64,000 bases of DNA from Macrostomum lignano (taxonomy: Eukaryota), in the NCBI GenBank assembly GCA_002269645.1, contig NIVC01003506.1, positions 1 to 64,000 of the forward strand, written 5' to 3'. Below the pieces are notes generated by a model that saw nothing but the letters and a program-made list of their open reading frames with translations, was not told the origin of the DNA and searched no databases. The first letter of the stretch is position 1. Each line of letters opens with the position of its first letter. Positions 18,701-29,821 of the stretch are shown piece by piece. The translations under genes and the position numbers were made by a program.

Positions 18701-19380
18701 GATTTTGGAATTATCGGTTGTGAGGGGTGAGATTTTGGAATTAATCGGTTGTGAGGAATGAGATTTTGGAATTAGTCAGTTGTGAGGGGTGAGATTTTGG
18801 AATTAATCGGTTGTGAGGGATGAGATTTTAGAATTAATCCGTTGTGAGGGATGAGATTTTGGAATTAATCCGTTGTGAGGGATGAGATTTTGGAATTATC
18901 GGTTGTGAGGGGTGAGATTTTTTAATTAATCGGTTGTGAGGGGTGAGAGTTTGGAATTAATCGGTTGTGAGGGGTGAGATTTTTTAATTATTCGGTTGTG
19001 AGGGGTGAGATTTTGGAATTAATCGGTTGTGAGGGATGAGATTTTGGAATTAGTCAGTTGTGAGGGGTGAGATTTTGGAATTAATCGGTTGTGAGGGATG
19101 AGATTTTGGAATTAATCCGTTGTGAGGGATGAGATTTTGGAATTAATCCGTTGTGAGGGATGAGATTTTGGAATTATTGGTTGTGAGGGGTGAGATTTTT
19201 TAATTAATCGGTTGTGAGGGGTGAGAGTTTGGAATTAATCGGTTGTGAGGGGTGAGATTTTTTAATTATTCGGTTGTGAGGGGTGAGATTTTGGAATTAA
19301 TCGGTTGTGAGGGATGAGATTTTGGAATTAATCGGTTGTGAGGGATGAGATTTTGGAATTAATCGGTTGTGAGGGGTGTG
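15766..19380. repeat. 3.6-kb satellite of about 31-bp units with a 985-bp higher-order repeat
   Basis: Unit GTTGTGAGGGGTGAGATTTTGGAATT(AATCG/AGTCA/ATCG); diagnostic variants recur exactly 985 bp apart (17077/18062; 17521/18506). Confidence 0.95.
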
Positions 19381-19626
19381 ATATTGAGCTGTTTACATAG
19401 AAATGAAAAGTCGTATCGTTTTAAAATATCTATTTTGTGCAGAAGAATTTTGTAAAATATTCATTTGTATTCTCATATGTGATTTATTTTAGGATAAATA
19501 TTTTATCGAATAACATCAGAGCAGTTGTTGTGTTGCTATAAGCATCTCAGTAGTCTTTGCTCTATAGCCGTGATGGCCTTGTGGGAATCGCGGTTATGAT
19601 ACTCGGCTTGATTTCTGAGCTGCTCA

Positions 19627-22600
19627 TCACTGGGTGCTTGGAGCCGCCGGTGACGGAGCCACTTTGCCCAATTTGCCTGACTTTGGAGATCTCAGAATTA
19701 TGGCAGCTCCCAGCACCAGCAACAGCTGAAAATGGCAGGCGAAAACTCGATCATTTTGTTCGAAATTTGATCCTTGGGTAGAGGGTCAGAGGCTGTGTAC
19801 ATTGGGGTAGAGGGTCAGAGGCTGTGTACATTGGGGTAAGAGGGTTAGAGGCTGTGTACATTGGGGTAAGAGGGTTAGAGGCTGTGTACATTGGGGTAAG
19901 AGGGTTAGAGGCTGTGTACATTGGGGTAAGAGGGTTAGAGGCTGTGTACATTGGGGTAAGAGGGTTAGAGGCTGTGTACATTGGGGTAAGAGGGTTAGAG
20001 GCTGTGTACATTGGGGTAGAGGGTCAGAGGCTGTGTACAGTGGGATAAAGGGTCAGAGGCTGTACATTGGCGCAGGGGGTCAGACGCAATGTCTATGGAT
20101 ATATGTACTCAACTATAATAAAATGATAAAATGTCACCTCCGTGAGCAGAATGCACACAATGCCGATGACAAAAGCCTTGAAGTTCAGCATTGATTCCAG
20201 CTTAGTGATTAATTTGTCATGGCAACCAGTCTGATACCAGCTGGTCACGGAGTTGGTGTTATTATAACTGCAATAGTTGTCAATCTGCTCCATGCTGGTC
20301 AGGTTGAACTTGCAGCAGGTGATCGGGTAGGTTATGTCTGCGGGTGATGGAAATTCAGGCAGAATCGAGTGGCAGATTCAAGAGCGACAGATTCAGACGT
20401 GGCAGATTCAGAAGTGGCAGATTCAATGAGTGGCAGATTCAATGAGTGGCAGATTCAATGAGTGGCAGATTCAATGAGTGGCAGATTCAATGAGTGGCAG
20501 ATTCAAGAGCGACAGATTCATATTCATAAGTGGCAGATTCAGGAGCGACAGATTCATATTCATAAGTGGCAGATTCAGGAGTGGCAGATTCGGGAGTGGC
20601 AGATTCAGGAGTGGCAGATTCAGGAGTGGCAGATTCAGGAGTGGCAGATTCAGGAGTGGCAGATTCAATGAGTGGCAGAATCAGGAGTGGCAGATTCAGG
20701 AGTGGCAGATTCATGAGCGACAGATTCAGAAGTGGCAGATTCAGAAGTGGCAGATACAGAAGTGGCAGATTCACGAGCGGCAGATTCCGATCTCACTGTA
20801 GGTGAAGTTCCCCGAGCTGGTCTTCAGCGTGTACTCTCTGTTCCAGTTGGAACTCAGCGAGTAGAAGTCGGTCCCGTTGGTGACCCCGCAGCAGCCGACA
20901 AAGATCTGCATCAGGTTTATGAGCAGCGACTCCAGATTTGAGCAGTCGATGCCGGTGAATTTGGTCAGAGTGTACTCCATTCCGGCCTTTGCCCACTGCC
21001 TCACCTGCGGGTGCGTAGGGCGTGAGGCTGTAAATGGTGTCTCTGTGAAGGTGTACATGGTGTCTATGAGGGTGTACAGGGTGTCTCTGTGAGGGTGTAC
21101 ATGGTGTCTATGAGGGTGTACAGGGTGTCTCTGTGAGGGTGTACACGGTGTCTCTGTGAGGGTGTACAGGGTGTCTCTGTGAGGGTGTACATGGTGTCTC
21201 TGTGAGGGTGTACATGGTGTCTCTGTGAGGGTGTACAGGGTGTCTCTGTGAGGGTGTACAGGGTGTCTCTGTGAGGGTGTACATGGTGTCTCTGTGAGGG
21301 TGTACAGGGTGTCTCTGTGAGGGTGTACATGGTGTCTATGAGGGTGTACAGGGTGTCTCTGTGAGGGTGTACATGGTGTCTCTGTGAGGGTGTACATGGT
21401 GTCTCTGTGAGGGTGTACAGGGTGTCTCTGTGAGGGTGTACAGGGTGTCTCTGTGAGGGTGTACAGGGTGTCTCTGTGAGGTTGTACAGGGTGTCTCTGA
21501 GGGTGCAGAGGGTGTCTCTGAGGTTACTTGGTGTAAGCGAAAGCTTTGAGGTGGGCATGCTCGTGTTGCAAAATAGTTTAATTATTACGGAAAAAGTCTG
21601 AGTAGTTGTTACCTGAGCACCATTTGTAAATGAATACAGCAGAGCCACGTTTTGAACGGTGAATATGAGGACCACCAGGACAATGTACTGCGATTGCAAG
21701 TGCGTTGGTTCGACACTAAATATAGAATCTAACTACTTTAAATCAAGGGATTCACACAGGTCAACAAGGATCAACAGAGGTTAACCGGTATCGATACAGG
21801 TCAACAGGGATCAACAGAGGTCAACGGGGATCAACAGAGATCAACGGGGATCAAAACAGGTGTCGACGGGGATCAAAACAGGTGTCAACGGGGATCAACA
21901 GAGGTCAACAGGGATCAACAGAGGTCAACGGGGGTCACCAGAGGTCAATAGGGATCAGCAGAGGTCAACCGGTATCGATACAGGTCAACAGGGATCAACA
22001 GAGATCAACGGGGATCAACAGAGATCAACGGGGATCAACAGAGGTCAACGGGGATCAACAGAGATCAACGGGGATCAACAGAGGACAATAGGGATCCACA
22101 GAGGTCAACCGGTATCGATACAGGCAACAGGGATCAACAGAGGTCAACGGGGATCAACAGAGGTCAACAGGGATCAACAGAGGTCAACGGGGATCAACAG
22201 AGGTCAACAGGGATCAACAGAGATCAACAGAGGTCAACAGGGATCAACAGAGGTCAACCGGTATCGATACAGGTCAACAGGGATCAACAGAGGTCAACGG
22301 GGGTCACCAGAGGTCGCCGCAGCCTCACCGCAATCAGCGGCTTCTTTCGCTTCTTCCTGCAGCAGCAGACCGGGCAGCAGCCGAAGCAGGCGGTCACCAT
22401 GGCAACCAGACCCAGGGCCAGGCAAGCCGCCCCAGCCGGCATCGTCAAGGACGCCAGGTTGCTAAGGAGTTGCCGGGCGTCAATGTCGGACGAGCCGAGA
22501 GCGGAGTTGAGCTGCTGGCTGAGGCCGTCCGCGACCGATAGAGCTGGCGGGTACAGGGCGACCAGCAGCTGGTAGCCCCACACAAGCAGAACGCCAAGCA

Positions 22601-23657
22601 GGAGCAGCAATAGGGAGAGCATCTGGTGCGATGGAATTTGATTTTCCAACTAACGTAAAGTTCACGTTTTCTCCGCTGTTCACATTCACCGATTTTGCGA
22701 TTTCTCGAATTTCACAATTCTCAGATATCACCTCCCCCGAATAGCACATTACCCAAATAGCACATTCCCCCAATGCCCCATTCCCCGAATAGCACATTCC
22801 CCCAATGCCCCATTCCCCGAATAGCACATTCCCCCAATGCCCCATTCCCCGAATAGCACATTCCCAAAATAGCACATTACCCGAATATCCCATTTCCCAA
22901 GTATTAGATGCCCTAAATATCCCATTCCCCAAGTATCAGATTCCCTAAATATCCCGTTCCCCAAGTATCAGATTCCCTAAATATCCCATTCCCCAAGTAT
23001 CAGATTCCCTAAATATCCCATTCCCCAAGTATCAGATTCCTAAATATCCCATTCCCCAAGTATCAGATTCCCTAAATATCCCATTCCCCAAGTATCAGAT
23101 TCCCTAAATACCCCGTTCCCCAAGTATCAGATTCCCTAAATATCCCATTCCCCAAGTATCAGATTCCCCAAATATCCCATTCCCTAAATATCCCATTCCC
23201 CAAATATCCCATTCCCTAAATATCCTATTCCCTAATATCACATTCCCCAAATATCCCATTCCCTGAATATCCCATTCCCTAATATCAAATTCCCTAAATA
23301 TCTCATTCGCCAAGTATCAGATTCCCTAAATATCTCATTCCCCAATATCAAATTCCCCAAATATCCCATTTCCTAAATATCCCATTCCCTAATATCACAT
23401 TCCCCAAATATCCCATTCCCTAAGTATCCCATTCCCCAAGTATCCCATTCCTCAAGTATCAGATTCCCCAAAATATCCCATTCCTGTAGTAGCACATTCC
23501 CTAAATCCTCAAGATGCTAGAATCCAGCCCCAAGCTGCGCATTCACGATGATTCAAAGCTGTTGATGAAGCTGCTGACTCACCATCGCCAGCACGTTGAC
23601 GACAACCAGAAATACGGTGCAGACATTGTTGCTGCAGATCAGAAGGCTCGATGGCAT
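19627..23657 (-). CDS. tetraspanin, 316 aa; exons 23657-23583, 22622-22329, 21687-21613, 21004-20797, 20337-20138, 19725-19627
   Basis: Four hydrophobic segments; large extracellular loop with CCG (VGCCGVTNGTDF), a PITCC motif and the pre-TM4 Cys (YQTGCHDKL); GCC-type cysteine cluster after TM2; all five introns are GT-AG and phase-consistent. Confidence 0.92.
19775..20075. repeat. 30-bp minisatellite, about 9 copies, tetraspanin intron 5
   Basis: Unit GGGTAAGAGGGTTAGAGGCTGTGTACATTG. Confidence 0.95.
20365..20790. repeat. about 15-bp minisatellite, tetraspanin intron 4
   Basis: Unit GAGTGGCAGATTCA(G/A) with variants. Confidence 0.92.
21025..21525. repeat. 23-bp minisatellite, about 22 copies, tetraspanin intron 3
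   Basis: Unit GTGAGGGTGTACA(G/T)GGTGTCTCT. Confidence 0.95.
21755..22312. repeat. about 20-bp minisatellite, tetraspanin intron 2
   Basis: Unit CAACAGAGGTCAAC(A/G)GGGAT with recurring ACCGGTATCGATAC inserts. Confidence 0.9.
22735..23500. repeat. two related about 32-bp C-rich minisatellites, tetraspanin intron 1
   Basis: CATTCCCCCAATGCCCCATTCCCCGAATAGCA followed by TATCCCATTCCCCAAGTATCAGATTCCCTAAA units. Confidence 0.9.
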
Positions 23658-23890
23658 TACGTGTGCCTTTGATTAACAATTTTTTAAGATGTCAATATAT
23701 AAAATATAAGTTTGATTCTGAAATCCGTGCGAGAGTCTCTGAGATTTGCATGGAGAAGCTGATCCGGGAGCTGATGAATTACCTATAAAGGCATTGTGCT
23801 TTAAATCATTCATGACGCGCATCCTGAGCATACGGGATCCGATCCCTGAGCCAGTGCGCCATGGCTATGGACAGTCCGAAAGGCCTTAAC

Positions 23891-23904
23891 GTCACCATGG
23901 CAAC
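23891..23904. promoter_or_regulatory. RFX X-box about 235 bp upstream of the tetraspanin ATG
   Basis: GTCACCATGGCAAC matches the RFX consensus GTNRCC-AT-RGYAAC. Confidence 0.65.
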
Positions 23905-24334
23905 TGCAGCACTGGTCTAACAATCCACTCACGCATTCAAACAAAATTTATTCACCAATCTGTGAAGCTTGTAAAGTTTCCGTGAACTTTTCTGAGCATT
24001 TTCATGGCTATATTATCTAAATAATAGAGAGCCAAAAATAGTTCTTTTTAATCACCATTACGGATACTATACGGTTATATTTATTACACTATACATCTAT
24101 TTCAGGCAAGTGAAAAAGCTTTGATACACAACTTTGAAAAAACCTTCAATTTCAACCATCCAATTTCCCACACAAAGCCTTTCGAAAGCATACTATTTCA
24201 GCAGAACTTTAAAGCGGCAAAACAAAGAAAAATAACTTTTCGCAACCAAAATGCGATTTTTACTGCTGCTATTGATTAAAAAAATAAGTAGCATGCTTAG
24301 GACATGTTATTTTTCTATTCTATAGAAAAGCGTC

Positions 24335-27300
24335 TCAGAAACCGCACGAGTTGCCGACATCTACTGTGGTGTCGTCGCAGGACGGAGTTTCTGCCGGGCT
24401 GCCGGGCAGGTCGCAGCTGGGAGGCTGCGGATGCTGGAAGTAGCGGTGCTGATGAGGCTGCTGCTGCTGATGCTGGTAGGGGTAGTGCGGGTAGCCGACT
24501 TGTTGAGGCGGCAGCAGCCACCACGGAGCGGCGGCGGTGGCGGCGGCGGCGGCGGCAGCGGCCACGCTGGGCCAGGGATACGCGGCCACCGGCTGCTGCT
24601 GGCTGGGCGTCAGGCCGCCGCCCTGCTGGTAACCATGGCAACAGCCGTAGCCGCCAGTCGAGTAATAGCCCGAATGGAAGCCAAACTGAGGCGGTGACTC
24701 CGGCGATGCCTCCACGGAGGCGGCCGGCGGCTGCGGATGCGGCGACTGCCAGGTCGGCGGCGGCGGCGGCGGCGGTGGCGGATGAGCTGCCGGGAGCTCC
24801 GTTGAGGCCGGCGCTGTCTGCTGAACCGCCTTCTCGACTCGGAACTTCCTGGTGCGCCGGCGCGGCGAGCCCGTGCCGAACATGTCGCCAGCCTGAGGGT
24901 GCAGGCGCCAGTAGTGGCCCTTGCTGCCCGCCGGAGCCTTGCCGGCCTTCTGGAAGCAGTCGTTCAGGCTGAGGTTGTGCCTGACGGAGTTCTGCCAGCG
25001 GCGCTGGCTCGCTGTGTCCCGGAAGTAGGCCCAGCGGCTGCGCATGAAAGCGTAGATCTCGCTGAGGGTCAGCCGGCCTGGGGGAAGATGGCAGGTTGGA
25101 GATTGGGCATTTTTTATTATAGGCGGTCGCTGCGACATGCTACTTGAGTGAAGTAGTGAAGTGTGAACGTATGCGGTAAAATTTTCCATTGTTGATTTGA
25201 ATTTTTTATCAACCACCCTCTATCTACTATCTCAATCTACCAATCTACTATCTCAATCTACCGATCCACCATCTCAACCTACCAATCTACCATCTCAATC
25301 TACCAATCTACCATCTCAATGTACCTATCTACTATGTCAATCTACCCATCTACCATGTCAACCTACCAATCTACCATCTCAATCTACCAATCTACCATCT
25401 CAATGTACCTATCTACCATGTCAATCTACCCATCTACCATGTCAACCTACCAATCTACCATCTCAATCTACCAATCTACCATATCTATCCATCTACTATC
25501 TCTATCTACCCATCTATCTCATTCTACCGATCCACCATCTCAATCTACTGATCTACCATCTAAATTTACTGATGTACCAACCGATCTATCATATCAATCT
25601 ACGCATCTACCATGTCAATCTACCTACACACCATCGGGAGTGGTAATCATCAAGCTACCACCCCAATCTACCCATCTACCATCTCAATCTACCCTTCTAC
25701 CAACCCCATCTACCAGCCCAATCTACCATCTACCATCTTAATTTACCCATCTACCATTTCTGTCTGCCGGCCAATCTATGAAAAAGAAGTCAAAATGTCA
25801 AAAGCGCCCCCAACTCACCTTCAGGGGAACTCTTGATCGCCATGCTGATGATTGCCACATAGGACAGGTCGGGCCGTTGCAGATGCTCCATCAGAGGCTG
25901 CTGCAGCTGGGCCTGATTCAGCATTTCAGGATACTGTGGCTGCTGCTGCTGCTCCAACATTGCTGCTTCGGCCGACGATGGAGCTACTTCGGCGAAGCTG
26001 CGAAAGAAAGGGGAAGGTTTGAGAATCAGTTTGCTCAAATTTATAATTGCTCAGATTATGAGCAAGATCGAGCTTGAGTAGAGTTTGAGCTCGCTGCTAA
26101 CTGTATATAAAAAGTGAGAGAGGGCGAGAGGGACTGAGAGAGGGTGAGAGGGACTGAGAGAGGGTGGAAGGAACTGAGAGAGGGTGAGAGGAACTGAGAG
26201 AGGGTGAGAGGAACTGAGAGAGGGTGAGAGGATCTGAGAGAGTGAGAGGAACTGAGAGAGGGTGAGAGGAACTGAGAGAGGGTGAGAGGAACTGAGAGAG
26301 GGTGAGAGGAACTGAGAGAGGGTGAGAGGAACTGAGAGAGAGTGAGAGGAACTGAGAGAGTGAGAGGAACTGAGAGGGTGAGAGGATCTGAGAGAGGGTG
26401 AGAGGAACTGAGAGATGGTGAGAGGAACTGAGAGAGGGTGAGAGGAACTGAGAGAGGGTGAGAGGAATTGAGAGATGGTGAGAGGAACTGAGAGAGGGTG
26501 AGAGGAACTGAGAGAGGGTGAGAGGAATTGAGAGATGGTGAGAGGAACTGAGAGAGGGTGAGAGGAACTGAGAGAGGGTGAGAGGATCTGAGAGAGGGTG
26601 AGAGGAACTGAGAGAGGGTGAGAGGAACTGAGAGAGGGTGAGAGGAACTGAGAGAGGGTGAGAGGAACTGAGAGAGGGTGAGAGGAACTGAGAGAGGGTG
26701 GAAGGAACTGAGAGAGGGTGAGAGGAACTGAGAGAGGGTGAGAGGAACTGAGAGAGACAGTGAGAGGAACTGAGAGAGGGTGAGAGGAACTGAGAAAGGG
26801 TGAGAGGAACTGAGAGAGGGTGAGAGGATCTGAGAGAGGGTGAGAGGAACTGAGAGAGGGTGAGAGGAACTGAGAGAGGGTGAGAGGATCTGAGAGAGGG
26901 TGAGAGGAACTGAGAGAGGGTGAGAGGAACTGAGAGATGGTGAGAGGAACTGAGAGAGACAGTGAGAGGAACTGAGAGAGACAGTGAGAGGAACTGAGAG
27001 AGGGTGAGAGGAACTGAGAGAGGGTGAGAGGATCTGAGAGATGGTGAGAGGAACTGAGAGAGGGTGAGAGGATCTGAGAGAGGGTGAGAGGATCTGAGAG
27101 AGGGTGAGAGGAACTGAGAGAGGGTGAGAGGAACTGAGAGAGGGTGAGAGGAACTGAGAGAGGGTGAGAGGAACTGAGAGAGACAGTGAGAGGAACTGAG
27201 AGAGGGTGGAAGGATCTGAGAGAGGGTGAGAGGAACTGAGAGAGGGTGAGAGGAACTGAGAGAGGGTGAGAGGAACTGAGAGAGGGTGAGAGGAACTGAG

Positions 27301-27489
27301 AGAGGGTGAGAGGAACTGAGAGATGGTGAGAGGAACTGAGGAGAGAAGGCACATATAGACCGGGGGCACATTTAAGAATTATATCGAGACCAGCATGTCA
27401 TTGAAAAAGTACAAGCCTGCAAATAATATTTAAATAAAATCTGTCACAGAGCAGGCAACTCACTTGTGATAGAAGCCTCCGTTGTCCAT
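24335..27489 (-). CDS. forkhead-box transcription factor, divergent, subfamily unresolved; exons 27489-27464, 25997-25819, 25077-24335
   Basis: Forkhead domain split by intron 2: RPDLSYVAIISMAIKSSPEG|RLTLSEIYAFMRSRWAYFRDTASQRRWQNSVRHNLSLNDCF...KGHYWRLHPQAGDMFGTGSPRRRTRKFR; Pro/Ala/Gln-rich tail; phase 2 and phase 1 GT-AG introns are consistent. Confidence 0.92.
25215..25770. repeat. degenerate CTACCAAT/CTACCATCTCAAT repeat, Fox intron 2
   Basis: Repeated ATCTACC/CTACCAATCTACCATCTCAAT units. Confidence 0.85.
26113..27340. repeat. 20-bp purine-rich minisatellite, about 60 copies, Fox intron 1
   Basis: Unit GGGTGAGAGGAACTGAGAGA. Confidence 0.95.
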
Positions 27490-27605
27490 TCGGTGAGTGA
27501 GCTGAGTGCGAGATCCTCAGTAGCTGGAGCAAACCAATGAATACAAAAATTTGGGCAAATTTTGGGTAAAAAATCCTAGGCAAGCATGCGCTGCTGCCCG
27601 TCGAG

Positions 27606-27675
27606 TTTTATAAGACCGGAGGCACCAGCGTTTGCTCGGCAGCCAATGGGGGCAGCTGGGGCGAGGCGATTGGCT
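27606..27675 (-). promoter_or_regulatory. probable Fox core promoter (TATA box and CCAAT boxes)
   Basis: TATAAAA on the minus strand at 27612-27606, about 120 bp upstream of the ATG; CCAAT motifs near 27642 and 27669; GC-rich island beyond. Confidence 0.55.
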
Positions 27676-28194
27676 GAGGGAGGGCTGCCGGGGGCTGCCG
27701 GGGGCTGCTCCATGCCTCGGTCGCAGGGGGGGCGGCGCTAAGTCCCGAGGGCGATTGCTCGAGCTCGGCTTTGAGTCCGAGTTTAATTCCGTAACAATAG
27801 AAGCTCGAGGCAGGGGCGATTTGCAGCAGAATTAAGTGAACAATCGGGCCGAGAGAGAGAGGGTTTGGGAAGTCATTTCCAGGGGGATCTCTGCGAGGGA
27901 ATGGCTGGGATGACGTAATCCAGTGGCAAAATGTGCGAATACTGTTGGCTTTGAGACTGCCAGTGAGTCAGGACGGACTTGGAGAGAACGCGCGGGATTG
28001 AGGGAAAGTCACTGCGAACTCCTGAAGGTGCCAATCGCATGTCTGCAACTCGGATCGGGCTGCTTCGGAAAGACTGAACATATTGGATGAGATGGAATGA
28101 GCTGACTTGACGATTTTAGATTGTTGTTTTGGATGCAAAGTTTGGAGATTCTAATAGCTCCTAAGTTTGGTTAAAAATGTAATTTGATTCTGTA

Positions 28195-28470
28195 AGTGGC
28201 GCCAGATAGTTCTTGTGTTTGGCGCCAGATAGATCCTGTGTTTAGCGCCAGATAGATCTTGTGTTTAGCGCCAGATAGATCTTGTGTTTAGTGTTAGATA
28301 ATTCTTGCGTTTAGCGCCAGATAGATCTTGTGTTTAGCGCCAGATAGATCCTGTGTTTAGCGCCAGATAGATCTTGTGTTTAGCGCCAGATAGTTCTTGC
28401 GTTTAGCGCCATGATAGATCTTGTGTTAGCGCCAGATAGTTCTTGCGTTTAGCGTTAGATAATTCTTAGA
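28195..28470. repeat. 23-bp tandem repeat, about 11 copies
   Basis: Unit TTAGCGCCAGATAGATCTTGTGT. Confidence 0.92.
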
Positions 28471-29064
28471 TCTTGAGAGATGCGCCAGGCAGATCCTACA
28501 GGGCGTTACAGGCCCTTTAGGGTCACAAATTGCTGTAGGCTTCAGAGTCCAACATGGGATGAGCAGAGTCGAAGAAGATTCTGATACCACGTGGACCCCT
28601 TCTGCATCTTCAGGTACATTAAGCAATTTCTCCCGAGGCAATAAAAACAGATCAAATTTGCGGTGCAATCGCAATCACCCATGGCTCGGGCATCAGCTCA
28701 AGCGTAAACAACTCAGTAAATAACAGATTCGCTAGAAGTTAATGTGGGCGGAGTCAGTCAGTCAGGGTGGATCCGACCGAGCCCTGAAGCGTCGAGTTCA
28801 GTTTGAACTGCATTGTATTTTCCTTAGCCGTTGTTTGGCCTGTTGCGAGTGTAAGGTAGAGCCTGCTGACTGCACCGTGTGCTTCTGGATCCGTGTTTAT
28901 GCAGCCTGTTTATTGATAAACCAGCGGAGCCTTGAGAGAACAGCTGGAGCACATGGCTCTTGGGGTTGGGGGGGGGGAGGGTGCTCAGGGAACTGATCTC
29001 GGTTTTGCGCCTTAAGCCCGGATGAGGTGAAAAAAAATTTGAGCGCTTGTTGCACTATGAAATT

Positions 29065-29500
29065 GGAGTGACTTGAGAGATGGAGATAGACATAGGGGAG
29101 ATATAGAGAAGGGAGATGGAGAGGGAGATGCAGAGAAGGGAGATAGAGAGGGAGATGGACAGGGAGATGGAGAGCAGATGGAGAGAAGGGAGATGGAGAT
29201 GGAGAGGGAGATAGAGAGGGAGATGGAGAGGGAGATTGAGAGGGAGATAAAGAGGGAGATAAAGAGGGAGATAGGGAGGGAGATGGAGATGGGGAGGGAG
29301 ATGGAGAGGGAGATTGAGAGGGAGATAAAGAGGGAGATAAAGAGGGAGATAGGGAGGGAGATGGAGATGGGGAGGGAGATGGAGAGGGAGATGGGGAGGG
29401 AGATGGAGATGGGGAGGGAGATGGAGAGGGAGATGGGGAGGGAGATGGAGATAGAGAGGGAGATGGAGAGGGAGATAGAGAGGGGAGACAGAGGGGGAAC
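29065..29500. repeat. GA-rich low-complexity repeat (about 12-bp GAGAGGGAGAT(G/A))
   Basis: Purine-only strand bias visible directly. Confidence 0.9.
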
Positions 29501-29821
29501 TTGAGATGCAGACGCGGAGACGGACAGTGCATTCCTGTGCTGGAACAAGGCGTGATGGCTGCATTTCAGAGCCGTGAATCAAAGCACAAATTTACCAGAT
29601 TTGGGGCTGGTCGTGCGCGCACAGAGCGCACTGAACACAGCAGCGGAGGCCGTCCCAGCAGCCATGGGTATCAGATGACAGTTCATCCTGTGCATGGGCG
29701 TTTAAAACGGCATGCACAGGAAAGTGGATCCGTGCATGCATATCACGGGCTGCATGCGTCTGCTTCTGTGTGGAAAAAATAGCTAGGAAAAACTAAAACT
29801 AATCCATGCGTGTAGCTGCAA

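Noticed and set aside
24790-25890. Assigning the Fox gene to FoxJ1 because of nearby X-boxes
   Set aside because: Lacks FoxJ1 signatures (YATLICMAM, WITDNF, KGGFW).
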